Shown piece by piece: positions 24,921 through 37,714 of a stretch of DNA of 64,000 bases; the first letter of the stretch is position 1; every line of letters starts with the position of its first letter. The position numbers were made by a program, and so were the translations under genes. The DNA is from Hypanus sabinus (lineage: Eukaryota). Location: positions 5,270,001 to 5,334,000 of the forward strand of contig NC_082717.1 of NCBI RefSeq assembly GCF_030144855.1, read 5' to 3'. The notes beneath the pieces are model-generated. The model had not been told where the DNA came from. It saw only the letters and a list, made by a program, of their open reading frames with translations, and ran no database searches.

Positions 24921-25009
24921 AGATTTCACTCTTGTACACAGATGAGGAGGAAGTTCTATATCCGGCAGTAGTGAATCTGTGGAATTCCTTGTCACAGATC
25001 ACTGCAGAG

Positions 25010-25560
25010 AATCAGGATCAGAATCAGGTTTATTATCACCAACATGTGTTGTGGAATTTGTTAACTTAGCAGAAGCAGGTCATTGCAATATATAATATAG
25101 AAGAAGAAGAAAAGAAATTAATAAAAAATAGTGAATAAGTAAATCAGTTATAGAATATGTACATTGAACAGATTAAAAATTGTGCAAAAAACAGAATTAA
25201 TATATATTTTAAAAAGTGAGGAATGTCCTTTTCAGAATCAGATGGCAGAGGGGAAGAAGCTGTTCCTGAATTGCTGTGTGCTTTCATGTGGCTGTTCCTC
25301 CTACCTGATGGTAACAGTGAGAAAAGGGCATGCCCTGGGTGCTGGAAGCCCTTCATAATGGACGCGGCCTTTCTGAGACACCACTTCTTGAAGATCCTTT
25401 GTACGTAGGTGAGTACCCAAGATAAAACTTACAACACTCTGCAGCCTCTTTTGGTCCTGCGCAGTAGCTCCCCCATGCCCAACAGTGATTAGCCTGTCAC
25501 AATACTCTCCACGGTACATCTACAGAATTTTTTGAGTGTATTTGCTGCCACACTGAATCT
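25010..25560 (-). mobile_element. Rex/Babar 3' end with (ATTCTG)n-type tail
   Basis: QHPGHALFSLLPSGRR; AGAATCAGGATCAGAATCAGG tail; same tail at ~28038-28060. Confidence 0.75.
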
Positions 25561-25831
25561 CCTCCAACTCCTTCCCACATGGGAAGCTGGTCAAGAAGGT
25601 TCAGTCACTTGGCATTCAACGTAAGTCAGAAAATTGGATTTGGCACCGGTTTTGGGGGAGAAGCTGGAGAGTGGTAACAGATGTCTGCCCCTCTGCTCGA
25701 GGCCTGTGACGAGTGCTGTGCCGCAGGGTCAGTGCTTAGTCTGGGGGGGAGGTCATGACTCAATAGAGACAGGCGCCCAGATTGACTGAGGATCGGTGAA
25801 TTGAGATCCAACTGGTTCACATTTAACTGTT

Positions 25832-26928
25832 TAAATAAAATGGGCCCTTTTTGTGTATTTTTACTTTATTTTCTTTATTAACCTTTTAGTTAAGATTCAT
25901 AAATATAATTTCTTTAACCATATGCAGTGTGCTGTCTGTTGTTTCTTGCCACTGACCTGTAACAGGGTAGAAAATTACACAGCATCCACAAAAACCGGGG
26001 TTTGGGGTGGGAGAGCTGTCTCAGTCTCACAGGTTTGGCAGGACTGGAGTGTGTCTTCCCTGGACTTACACAACCAAGGAAACCAGCAGGGTTTCAATAG
26101 TTCAGTCTTCCCCAATCAGAAGCTCTGGGTGAACCATGAAATCTGAAATTTGATGACGGCCAGATTAGATGCATTTAGGTCTGGAGACCAGGGAAGCTAC
26201 AAGAGGAGCAGGTATGATCTCTGGAAAGTGATCTCACAGGCAAAACAAAATTCCAGAGCAAACTGAGATCAACAAGGGATGCTTGACAGGGTGTGAATGC
26301 TATAACTTCCTACAAAGTTAAACGAAGCAAGGTGGGGTACAGTGGGGCATCACTTCCAAAGGAGCTCAATGTCTTTGTGCCCACTTTGGCCATCAGTACA
26401 TGCGAGCCCCCACAGCTCCTGATGATCCTTTGATTTCAGTATCTGCAGCTGATGTGCAGGCAGCCTTCAGGAGAGTAAATCCAAATAAAGCATCTGGAAT
26501 GGACGGGGTACCTGGTCATGTACTGACAACCTGTGTGACCAGCTGGCTGGTGTGTTCACTGATCTCTTTAACCTCTCGCTTCAGCAGCATGTGGCATCCA
26601 CTTGCCTCAAGCAGGCTTCAATTATATCAGTGCCCAAGAAGAGAGTGCTGACCTGTCTCAGTAACTATCACTTAGAAACATTTACATCCGCAGTGATGAA
26701 GTGTTTTGAGAGGAGCAACATGTCCAGAGCAGATGCTGTCTCATTGGCTCTTCAAACAACCCTGGAACATTTGGACAGTAAAGATGCATACATCAGTATG
26801 ACCTTTATCAATTACAGCTCAGCATTTAATACCACCATACCCTCAAAAGTAATCAATAAGCTACAATCCTTGGCCTCAAAACCAGCTTTTGCAATTAGAT
26901 TTCCCTATTTCTACACCCCAATCAGTTC
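25832..26928 (-). repeat. Inverted copy of the duplicated Rex+LTR block (matches ~5480-6535), continuing after the LTR at 27824-28030
   Basis: ORF 26552-26977 nearly identical to ORF 5474-5836 including the shared internal deletion FERSNMSRADAV. Confidence 0.9.
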
Positions 26929-27823
26929 TGTTACGTACCCGTGGGTATCTTGTACCTGTCACATGACCATGATGTAATTGAAGCTATGCTGGAGATGAGG
27001 GTCTTGTGATGCGGGAGTGACGTCATTTTCTCCACCAGTGAGAAGTCATGTGATAGGTTTTTTCCAACCTGGTATCAAAGGAGAACCCCACCATGTGACG
27101 TGGGCAGTCCGTGGTTGAATTTGGTAATGACTCCATGCTGCTGCGTATTCCGATGTTATGACACAGTTTATTTAAAAGTGGAGTTTTACTTTCTGCCTTA
27201 AATCAAAGTTTATTGCCAGCAGTTTTGCTACAATACTACCAGTTAAAATCAAGTTGGAGAGTGAAGATTCATCGAAGTTCAGGAAGCTGAAAGATCGAAG
27301 AGAGTTAATGGCGACGGTGAAACAGATTCGACCTTTGCTTAATCTTTGCATGAGGAATTAGTAACTTGTGTCCGTGTTAATTTCTGCTTTGCCAAAAGAG
27401 CAGTGAGTTGGATGAAAAGTTTTGTCAAAGGTCAGTGCCTTTAAGCCGTTTTATTTCCTTCATCGTAAAACCTCCGGGAAATAACATACTTCGACTGGGA
27501 ACAGCAGTAACGCCACAAAAGAGAATTTATTATCAAGGAAAGCCTTTCCTTTAATGGACTGATAATCATTTTGGACTTTCGCATTACTGCTTCTGAGAAC
27601 TGTTTTTGTATTACCGCTTTAAGAACTGTTTTCGCATTCTCGCTTTAAGAACTGTTTTCGCATTCTCGCTTTAAGAACTGTTTGAGCTACCGTATTGCAG
27701 CTGCCTTCTGGTTGTTAGTCATCTGTTTACTTTCTGGTTTTTTTTTAGCAGTGTTTAATAACTGTTTTATTTGTTATAAAAACCCTGTTTCAACCATATA
27801 TTCATTGTTGCTGGATTGTAACA
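26929..27823 (+). mobile_element. Solo LTR (895 bp)
   Basis: TGTTAC...GTAACA inverted termini; flanks GTTC/GTTT (4-bp TSD, 1 mismatch); interrupts otherwise contiguous Rex sequence; internal CTTTAAGAACTGTTTT repeats. Confidence 0.85.
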
Positions 27824-28305
27824 GTTTGGATTGGCAAAAACATCTCCACCATGAGTGTGCATAGCCCCCTGTTAAGCTTGCTTTACATCTATGACTGTGT
27901 GGTTAAGCACAGCTCCAGAACCATATTCAATTCTGCTGATGACATCACTCTTGTGGACCACATGAAATGCGGTGAATCAGCATATGAAAGTGAGATCAAA
28001 AATCTAGTTAAGTGGTGTTATAACATCAACCTCAATGTCAGAATCAGAATCAGAATCAGGTTTATTATTACTGGCATGTGACGTGAAATTTGTTAACTTA
28101 GCAGCAGCAGTTCAATGCAATACATAATCTAGCAGAGAGAGAAAAATAATAGTAATAATTCAATTAAAAAACATAAAAATAAATATAAAAGTAAATTGAT
28201 TATGCATATTGAATAGATTTTTTTAAATGTGCAAAAACAGAAATACTGTATATTAAAAAAGTGAGGAAGTGTCCAAAGCTTCAACGCCCATTTAGGAATC
28301 AGACT

Positions 28306-28800
28306 TGTTACGATACGGCAACAATGAATATAGAATTGACACAGGTTTTTATAAACAAATTAACATTTATTAAATTCTGCACAATAAAAAATGAAAAGAA
28401 AACAAACAACTAACTTAACTGGAATTTAACTCCTATTAAGCAACTCAAACAGTTCTTAAAGCGATAATTGCAAACACGGTTCTTAAAGCGGTAAATGCAA
28501 AAGTCCAAATGATTTATACAGTCACTTAGGGGAGACTTCCCTGAAGTAACAAATTCCTCGATGACGTGACGTTACTGCTGATCCTAGTGAAAATTATGCC
28601 TTGCCCGAAGGATTTACGATGAAGGAAATAAAAATGGCTTAAAGGAACTGACCTTTTCCTTGATGAATAACACTGTCCCAACTGTTTCGACATTTACAGC
28701 AGGGATTATCGTGGATGCAGGTTACTATCTCTTTGAACGAAGATCCAATAAGGTCAATCCTGTATTACCGCTGACGACACCAATTTTACTTCATCCTTCA
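28306..28800 (-). mobile_element. Partial inverted LTR of the same family as 26929-27823
   Basis: Reverse complement shares CAGCAGTAACG...TTTGGACTTT...CGCTTTAAGAAC...ATTCATTGTTGC...GTAACA. Confidence 0.7.
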
Positions 28801-28818
28801 GGGTCCCGTACTTCGATA

Positions 28819-28922
28819 TGTGATGAGCAAACCAGGCTGAGATGGAGTCCAGAGCTGACTCCCCTGTGAACTATGCTGCTAATGAGAGAGAGAGAAGAAG
28901 AGAGGGGAGGCATCCAGCTGCA

Positions 28923-28959
<37 letters not shown>

Positions 28960-31900
28960 CAGATTTAATATTATGGCTTCTTCACTAATTGTTTACCTTT
29001 GCTCCAAGGACACTTGCTTTGCCTGCTTGTAAGATTGTTGCAGAGACACACCACGGGACATTGAAAGAGCATTGTGCTCTCATGTGAAGGTGGAGTTTTG
29101 GAGGATCGATTCAGGGGAATTGATCAATGGCTCACAGTGTGTGAAGGAGCGACCGGTGGGGAGATGTTGTGTGTCCACCCTCGCCTGGGTGACAGGTCTA
29201 CCACTGAAGAACAGTCGTACGGGGACACAGTCGGTGACCATAACAGGACAGGAAGATAACCAAAGGTTCAACGACAATGGCTTCACCTCTCGCTCTCCCT
29301 CTCTCTCTAACGGTACACCAGCAACCACCTCGACTAAACTAAACTGAACTGAACTCTGCACCATCATAAGACTATTCATTTACCCCTAGACTTTGAAAGA
29401 GCTTGGTTTTGATTCCTATCTCTGCACTTCTGTATATATCATTGCTAACCTGTTACATATATTTGCATTTTATAGTACTGTATTACTAAGTTTACTAATA
29501 AACACTATTAGTAGCAGTAATACCAGACTCCAACATGTATTCCATTTCTGCTGGTTTGGTAACCAGCTCACGGGGTATGTGACAAATTGGGGCCTTTGTC
29601 CGGGTTTTGAATGTCAAATTGGGGGCTGTTGAATTGATTGGGGTAAATTCCTTTATCTGATTTGGGTTGTGTGGAAAAGAAAAACACAGCAGAAATAGAC
29701 ATCGATAAGTTTTTGAGGGAGCCAGGAGGGTGGAGCTGTTGAGTATTGCAAGAAGGTTGAATCATTTGAAGGTGAAGACGTCAACAAGGAAGTCAGAGAT
29801 GCAGAGAGCCATAGCCGAGTGTTATGTATCTACAGGGGTGTTTCATGATGAGGAGTTAGAATCGTTTCCCGGAAGTAAACTTAGTGAGGTTGAGATCCAA
29901 CTGCAGATGGAAAAGTTAAGGTTTGAGGCTCAGGAGAGGAACAGAACACAGCAGTATGAGTTTGAGTTGCCAGTAAGAGAGATGGAAGCAGAACGACAGA
30001 GAGTGGAAAGGGAAAAAGAGAGGCAGTTTGAGCTGGCAAAGATAAAGGCGTTGCAAGAAGGGGGGGACAGGTAGTAGACCCAGCCGGGGGGGGGGGGGGG
30101 GGTTCAAGATGAGTCAGGAGATTAAGTTGGTACTCCCATTTGAGGAAACAGATGTTGATAGGTATTTTCTGCACTTGGAGAAAGTCGCTGTGAATCAGAA
30201 CAGGCCGAAGGAGAAGCGGGCTGTTGTGTTACAGAGTGTTCTTCAGGGGAAGGCTCAGCAAGCCTATTCGGCGTTGTCTGCGGATGAGGCAAAGAATTAT
30301 GATGAAGTAAAAGGGGCTATACTGAGGATTTACGAGTTGGTTCCGGAGGCATACCGGCAGAAGTTCCGGAACTTGAGGAAGCCGTGGGACCGTTAGATTT
30401 TGCCCGTGAGATGCAAATGTACTTTGAGCGTTGGTGCGCCTTGAGAGGGGCCAGTGAGGATCTTGACAAACTCAAACAGTTGATGCCGATCGAGCAGTTT
30501 AAAAGCTGCGTCCCTGAGGGTATGAGGACGTTCTTGGACAAGAAGCAGGCAGAAACTCTGTCCGCGACTGCCAAGTTAGCAGACGAGTGTGCCTTAACCC
30601 ACAAGGTAAAGTTTTCTCCAAGTAAGAGCTACCAGCCGGGTGGTAGGGATGGTAGAGAGAGCCCACCGGCGAAGTCAGAGAATAAGCCGGGGACGAGCGG
30701 AAAGGATGAGAAGCAGTCTGGAGGGAAGTTCCCTAGTTTTACATGTTATAATTGTGGGAAAGCTGGTCACATAGCTTGCTCCCAAAAGAGATAAAGGAAA
30801 GGGAAAGGCCCCAACCCCGACTGAAATGTCAGTAAAGGAGGAGGAGTCAAGCCGAGTTCAGGAAGGATGTGAGAAATTTCTTCTGACTGGGTTGGTATCT
30901 GTGAACCCCAGTTCCAGTGAGAATCTTAATGCTGAGCAGTATATTAGAATTCAGTGCTGAGACCGAGACTGGTCACATGGTGATAGAAGGGGACCGAGGC
31001 CGTACCGCTGCATATGGTATTTTTGAAATGTGGCTTCGTGTCCGGATCAGGGTGCGGTCTGCACTCCCGATACGTGGTGTGGACTCGGGAATGACCTGGC
31101 GGGGGGGACGAGTTCCCAACAGTTCAGCTCACGAGGAAGCAGGCCCCGCCCACAGATTCTGACGTTTATCCCGCCTGCGCAGTAACCCGAAGCTTGGCGA
31201 AAAAGGCTGCTGAAACAAACACTAATGTAGCGGAGACGGACCTTAATTTAGCTGAGACATTTTTACCGTCCCTGTATCAGCAGGAGTTAGAGAATAGTGA
31301 AGCTGAGGAGAGTAAGGGGGATGAGGCAGATATATTGTTATCAAGGATTAAATTTGTGAAGGAACAGAGCAAAGATGAGAAACAGATGTGGCAGCTGGAA
31401 GGTCCAGTGTTGGACACTGATGATTTATGTAGCTTGAAAGAGCTGTTCGCAGTTGAAGAATTTAAGAAGTGTGTTCCCGATGGTGTAAGGGCATTCCGAG
31501 ATGAAAAGGATGCCGCTACCTTGAGGGAGTCTGCTGGGTTAGCAGACGAGGCTGTTTTAACCCGCAAGGTTGAGTTTACTCCGGATGGGAGTTGCCCAGA
31601 GAGCAGCTGAGAGGATGAGGGGAGCCTGGAATTTGAAACTGAAAATGGTATTGAAAGCCTAGAAGAGGCAGATGTCCCGTTTGCCTGTGTTCAGGATGTT
31701 GAAGTACCTGTGGATTCACAGGCTACTGAACCTTGTGTTGAGACTCAGGAAAGGTCTGAGGTGTCTGACTTGGTTAAAAAGGAATGCAGTCACTTTGTGT
31801 CAGATAGACTTTGTTCAGTGAGTAAGGGGTTAACCCTGGCACCAGTGGAAAGTGAGGATTCTCAGTCACTTGTGTCAGAAGGTGTTCTAAAAGTTAGTGA

Positions 31901-32140
31901 TGAGGTGAAAACTGGTGATGTGAATTTTAGTGAAGATGTTGAGAAAAGTGTTACTGGACTTTTGAATAAGGTAAATTTAAAGTCAGGTTTGTTTTCAGGA
32001 CCGTTGACCATGCTAAAGGGACAGTGGCTTGGTAACTAATAGAATTAAAGATCCTGATGATCAAATTAATGGCTTGCTTAAAATTAATGAGTTGTTTGGA
32101 AGTTCAGCAAATGGGCTTAGTCTGGAAAACGTTGGTGATA
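28819..32140 (+). mobile_element. Non-autonomous Gmr1-like Gypsy LTR retrotransposon (5' LTR, PBS, SCAN-bearing gag, CCHC knuckle, protease relic)
   Basis: LTR ends GTGACA (29584), degenerate tRNA-Pro PBS TGGGGCCTTTGTCCGGG; gag KLVLPFEETDVDRYFLHLEKVA...GKAQQAYSAL...YELVPEAYRQKFRNL; SCAN-like LMPIEQFKSCVPEGMRTFL...AKLADE; CYNCGKAGHI. Confidence 0.85.
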
Positions 32141-32689
32141 AGCTAGCACCTGTGCAGGAAGTCTATGAAGGCTTTATCGGAGCTGGTAAGCAAGCTGATC
32201 ACAATCCACAATCAGCTTATTCATCTTTCTGTGCCAGGTTGTTGCTGTGGCACCACCACTCCACTGGGTAGCATATCTCACTCCTGTATGCACTCTCATC
32301 ACCATCTGAAATTCTACCAACAATGGTTGTATCATCAGCAAATTTGTAGATGGAGTTTGAGCCATGCCTAGCCACACAGTCATGTGTATACAGAGAGTAG
32401 AGCAGTGGGCTAAGCACACTCCTCTGAGGTGCGCCAGTGTTGATAGCAAGGAGGAAGAGATGTTATCACCAATCTGCGCAGATTGTGGTCTTCTGATTAG
32501 GAAGTCGATGTTTCAAATGCAGAGGGAGGTACAGAGGCCCAGGTTCTGCAACTTCTCAATCAGGATTGTGGGAATGATGATATTAAATGCTGAGCTGTAG
32601 TCGATGAACAGCATCCTGATGTAGGTGTTTGTTTTGTCTAGGTGGTTTAAAGCTGTGTCGAGAGCCATTGAGATTGTGTTTGCCGTTGA

Positions 32690-33290
32690 TCTATTGTAGA
32701 AAGACCAAGGAACTGACTGTAGTCTTCAGGATAGGGAAACCAGAAGTCCATGAGCCAGTCCTCATTGGTGGGTCAGAGGTGGAGACCGTTAGCAGCTTTA
32801 AACTCCTTGGTGTTATCATTTTGGAGGACCTATCCTGGACCCATCACAAATGTACATTAGTGAAGAAAGTACAGCTGCACCTCTATTTCCTTCGGAGACT
32901 GCAGAGCTTCTGCATAACATCAAAAACTTTGACAAACTTCTATTGATGTGCAGAAGAGAGTATATTGGCAGTATGTTCTGGTATGGAAACACCAATGCCA
33001 TTGAAAGGAAATTCCTACAAAAGTAATGGATTCAGCCCTGTACATCATGCGTAAGGAGCTAACATCAAACAGAGACTTTGAGAAATATAAAGAACATGGA
33101 GAAGATTTCAGGAAGGGGTTGAGGAGAACCAGGAAGCGCCATGAAAAGTCTTTGACAAAGATGATTAAAGGGAATCCCAAGGAATTCTATACAACTTGTA
33201 CCTAATGAGGAGAGAGCGGGAGACTGTTACACGGGCGACAGCTTGCTCTCCATATCACACTGCCCTGCTTGCATATTGACTTGTGTATCA
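32690..33290 (+). repeat. Older inverted paralog of ~4640-5240 (Rex-CR1 chimeric junctions shared)
   Basis: Same junction order Rex to AAGGAGCTAACATCAAAC (CR1) to ...CAGCTTGCTCTCCATATCACACTGC; visibly more diverged than 25832-26928. Confidence 0.8.
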
Positions 33291-33354
33291 CTGGCACATC
33301 TCCAACAGCATAGACAGTTGTGACATGACATCCATGGTCCACCCTGACCCGGTA

Positions 33355-33660
33355 CCGGGCAGCACGGTAGTGTAGTGGTCAGCTCAATGCTTTACAGTGC
33401 CAGCTGTAACATTGGGGTTCAATTCCCACCACTGTCTGTGAGGAGTTTGTACGTTCTCCTCGTGACCGCGTGACTTTTCTCCCACATACTGAAGGTGTAC
33501 AGTTAGGGTTAGTGAGCTGTGGGTGTGATATGTTGGTCATGGAAACATGGGGACACTTGCTTGCTCAGCACAATCCTTGCTGATTTGGTTTGATGCAAAC
33601 AATGAATTTCACTGTATGTTTCAATTTACATGTGACAAATAAAGTGAATCATCTTAATCA
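33355..33660 (+). mobile_element. tRNA-derived SINE (HE1/V-SINE-like)
   Basis: Box A GGTAGTGTAGTGG, box B GGGTTCAATTCCC, body GGAGTTTGTACGTTCTCC, tail CATGTGACAAATAAAG; further copies ~37340-37555 (+) and ~57440-57650 (-). Confidence 0.8.
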
Positions 33661-34883
33661 GAATATTCACCTCCTCCTATCCTCACAGAGCCGCCATCGG
33701 GGAACCAGTTCTGTGAAACTTCACTGCACTGTCTCCATAGCAACTATCTCCTTTGTTAGGTTAGGACAACACAGGTCTGATCGCACCATGGCTGTGTATC
33801 GTGGGAAGGTCTCTCATACTCAGATTGCTTGCAATAAAGGCAGGCATGTCATTTGCCTTCCTAAATGCTACATGTACAGGTTGCCCGAGAATGGGGAGAT
33901 TAGAGAAGAACTGAGGTTTTCCACACAGAGAGTGATGAGGATCATTGAGGTTTCTGTCCCCCCTATTTACCAGGAGTGTTGCAGATGAAGAGCTTGAAGC
34001 ATTGCTAAGGATCCCACACCCATCCCACAATCTCTTTGACTCTCTACTGTCAGGATGGAGGTACAGGAGCATCAGGACTGGGACTGTCAGACTGGGCAAC
34101 AGCTTCTTCCCTCGGGCTGTGAGACTAATGGATACCCTGTCACCACTGAGGTCTCGTCACCAGGACAGTGAGCTGTTTATTGTTTACCTGTGCTGTGCTT
34201 TACATTCATTTTGAATTATATTTTATTAATGCATTGATGGTAATACTTTGGTTTTTAAGCTGTGTGTGATATATGTTTTGTGGGTGCACCATGGTCCGGA
34301 GAAATGCTGTTTGATTTGGTTGTATATATGTGCAGTCAGATGACAGTAAAATTTAATTTGAACAAGCTGCGGGTCAGGTTCTATTACAACATTTAAGACA
34401 TTTGGATAAGAAAGGTGCTGAGGGATAGGGACTCAATGCATGGCAATATGATTGGTGTAGATTAACAACATGGTCAGGATGCACAAGGTGGGTCAAAAGT
34501 CAAGTTCTGTAATTCTGTGCTTTACTGTGAGACAATGACTCACACAGAAGGGCATCAGTATATTCCTTGTTGTATATCTGCAAAGCTCTCTTGCCTTTCT
34601 TTCTATTTTCCAATTTTACCACAAAGCAAAATGTGGAGTCACCATGTTCTCATTTGCTTTCCTCTTGCTTGATCACATCTCTGCATTTACAATCAGACAA
34701 ACTCCCTTGTGCTCCCCCAGTGTGTAATGCCTGCATGCTCTTATCAACCACTCTCTTCCTTCCTCACTGTAAATTCTTGTAATCTACAACCTGCAGTTCC
34801 CCTCAAACCAAAATCCAGAAGCTCTGTTGAATGGAGAATGGTCAGGAGCCATTTACACTGATGTCAGGGCATCACCGTACTCA

Positions 34884-35150
34884 GTGTCATGGACCAGACT
34901 GCTACTGTCCACAACACACTCACCCTGGCCGGTGGAGAATGTGGTTATCTGGTCTCACACTGTCCCAGTAGGTTCCTCTCACTCCCATAGTCTCCTGGAG
35001 AGTCTCCCTCCACAGTAATTACCCTCATCTCTGTCCTCATTCAGCCTTATTCTGCACCACTTCCAGCTGCAGTAACATTGTGGTTGTTACTGGACTGATA
35101 TCCAGAGAGCTGGTCCATTGATCCAGGAACATAAGACTTCCAGCCACTGT
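34884..35150 (+). pseudogene. Lambda-like leader + 5' V relic, truncated by CR1
   Basis: Leader (V)SWTRLLLS..., GT at 34932, 84-nt intron ending TCTCCCTCCACAG, then ITLISVLIQPYS / CTTSSCSNI / TGA-TAT-C-CAG-AGA (W to stop, YQR). Confidence 0.5.
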
Positions 35151-35154
35151 CTGT

Positions 35155-37325
35155 GGCTGGCCAAAGTTCAATGGAACGATACCCTAGCAAGAAAGACAGT
35201 GGAACGACAATGGCGGGTATTTCTGGGAATAATGCAGAAGGCGCAGGATCGGTTCATTCCAAAGAGGATGAAAGATCTTAAGGGGAGTAAGGGGCGGCCG
35301 TGGCTGACAAAGGAAGTAAAGGGCAGTATAAAAATAAAAGAGAAGAAGTATAACATAGCAAAGATGAGCGGGAAACTGGAGGACTGGGAAGCTTTTAAAG
35401 AGCAACAGAAGATAACAAAAAAAGCAACACGCCAAGAAAAAATGAGGTATGAAGGTAAACTAGCCAAGAATATAAAGGAGGATAGTAAAAGCTTCTTTAG
35501 ATATGTCCATAGCAAAAAAAATAGTTAAGACCAAAATTGGGCCTTTGAAGACAGAAACTGGTGAATTTATTATGGGGAACAAGGAAATGGCAGACAAGTT
35601 GAACAGGTACTTTGGATCTGTCTTCACTAGGGAAGACACAAACAATCTCCCAGATGTAATAGTGGCCAAAGGAACGAGGGTAAGGATGAACTGAAGGAAA
35701 TTTATATTAGGCAAGAAACGGTGTGGGATAGACTGTTGAGTCTGAAGGCTGATAAGTCCCCGGGACCTGATGGTTTGCATCCCAGGGTACTTAAAGAGGT
35801 GGCTCTAGAAATCGTGGATGCATTGGTAATCATTTTCCAATGTTCTATAGATTCAGGAACAGTTCCTGCTGATTGGAGGGTGGCTAATGTTGTCCCACTT
35901 TTCAAGAAAGGAGGGAGAGAGAAAACAGAGAATTATAGACCGGTTAGCCTGACGTCAGTGGTGGGAAAGATGCTGGAGTCAATTATAAAAGAGGAAATTA
36001 TGACATATTTGGATAGCAGTAGAAGGATCAGTCCGAGTCAGCATGGATTTATGAAGGGAAAATCATGCTTGACTAATCTTCTGGAGTTTTTTGAGGATGT
36101 AACTATGAAAATGGACAAGGGAGAGCCAGTGGATGTAGTGTACCTGGACTTCCAGAAAGCTTTTGATAAAGTCCCACATAGGAGATTAGTGGGCAAAATT
36201 AGGGCACGTGGTGTTGGGGGCAGAGTACTGACATAGATTGAAAATTGGCTGGCTGACAGGAAACAAAGAGTAGCGATTAATGGGTCCCTTTTGGAATGGC
36301 AGGTTGTGACCAGTGGGGTACCGCAAGGTTCGGTGCTGGGACCACAGCCGTTTACAATATACATTAATGATTTAGATGAAGGGATTAGAAGTAACATTAG
36401 CAACTTTGCTGATGACACAAAGCTGGGTGGCAGTGTGAAATGTCAGGAAGATGTTATGAGAATGCAGGGTGACTTGGACAGGTTGGGTGAGTGGGCAAAT
36501 GTATGGCAGATGCAGTTTAATGAGGATAAATGTGAGGTTATCCACTTTGGTGGCAAGAACAGGAAGGCAGATTACTATCTAAATGGAGTCAAGTTAGGAA
36601 AAGGGGAAAAACAATGAGATCTAGGTGTTCTTGTACATCAATCAATGAAAGCAAGTATGCAGGTACAGCAGGCAGTGAAGAAAGCTAATGGCATGCTGGC
36701 CTTTATAACAAGAGGAATTGAGTATAGGAGTAAAGAGATCCTTCTGCAGGTATACAGGGTCCTGGTGAGACCCCACCTGGAGTATTGTGTGCAGTTTTGG
36801 TCTCCAAATTTGAGGAAGGACATTCTTGCTATTGAGGGACTGCAGCAAAGGTTCACAAGGTTAATTATTCCCAGAATGGCGGGACTGTCATATGTTGAAA
36901 GATTGGAGTGACTGGGCTTGTATGCACTGGAATTTAGAAGGATGAGAGGGGATCTGATTGAAACATAAAAGATTATTAAGGGATTGAACACGCTGGAAGC
37001 AGGAAGCATGTTCCCGCTGATGGGTGAGTCCAGAACTAGAGGCCACAGTTTAAGAATAAGCCATTTAGAACAGAGATGCAGAAACACTTTTTCACCCATA
37101 GAGTGGTGGATATGTGGAATGCTCTGCCCAGAAGGCAGTGGAGGCCATGTATCTGGATGCATTCAAGAGAGAGTTAGATAGAGCTCTTATAGATGGCGGG
37201 GTCAAGGGATATGGGGAGAGGGCAGGAACGGGGTACTGATTGTGTATGATCAGCCATGATCACAGTGAATGGTGGTGCTGGCTAGAAGGGCCGAATGGCC
37301 TACTCCTGCACCTACTGTCTATTGT
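35155..37325 (+). mobile_element. Young 5'-truncated CR1 LINE (2.2 kb, RT to 3' UTR)
   Basis: Long ORFs: KADKSPGPDGLHPRVLKE...NYRPVSLTSVVGKMLE...DFQKAFDKVPH; [11 protein letters not shown]...FADDTKLGG; tail GGGCCGAATGGCCTACTCCTGCACCTACTGTCTATTGTCTAT. Confidence 0.95.
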
Positions 37326-37714
37326 CTATTGAGTTTATATATTCTCTCGGTGACCATGTGAGGCTTCCTCCAGGTGCTCTGCTTTCCTCCCACGTTAGTG
37401 AGTGGTGGACATGCTATGTTAGTGCTGGGGACATGGTGCCACCTGTGAGCTGCCCCAGCACATCCTCACACTGTGTAGATTGTTGATGCAAACAATGTAT
37501 TTCACTGTATTTCTCAATGTATTAATGTACATGTGACAAATAAAGCTCATCTGTCTTCCGGAATTACAATTAAGGATTTATATGAATCAGGAGTTTAATT
37601 GTTAAAGCTGGTATCAGTGTGAGTAACCGTACAAACACTGGATTAATGTCTTTCTAGGGAGTAATCTGCCCTCCACACCCAGCGTGGCCTCTGTAGGACT
37701 GCAGTCCCACCAAC

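Noticed and set aside
32629-32946. DUF1891/ALKBH8-like ORFs as host genes
   Set aside because: These are the C-terminal part of Rex1/Babar LINE ORF2, present in many decayed copies here.
33355-33430. tRNA gene
   Set aside because: A/B boxes continue into a SINE body and tail with other copies in the window; it is a SINE head.
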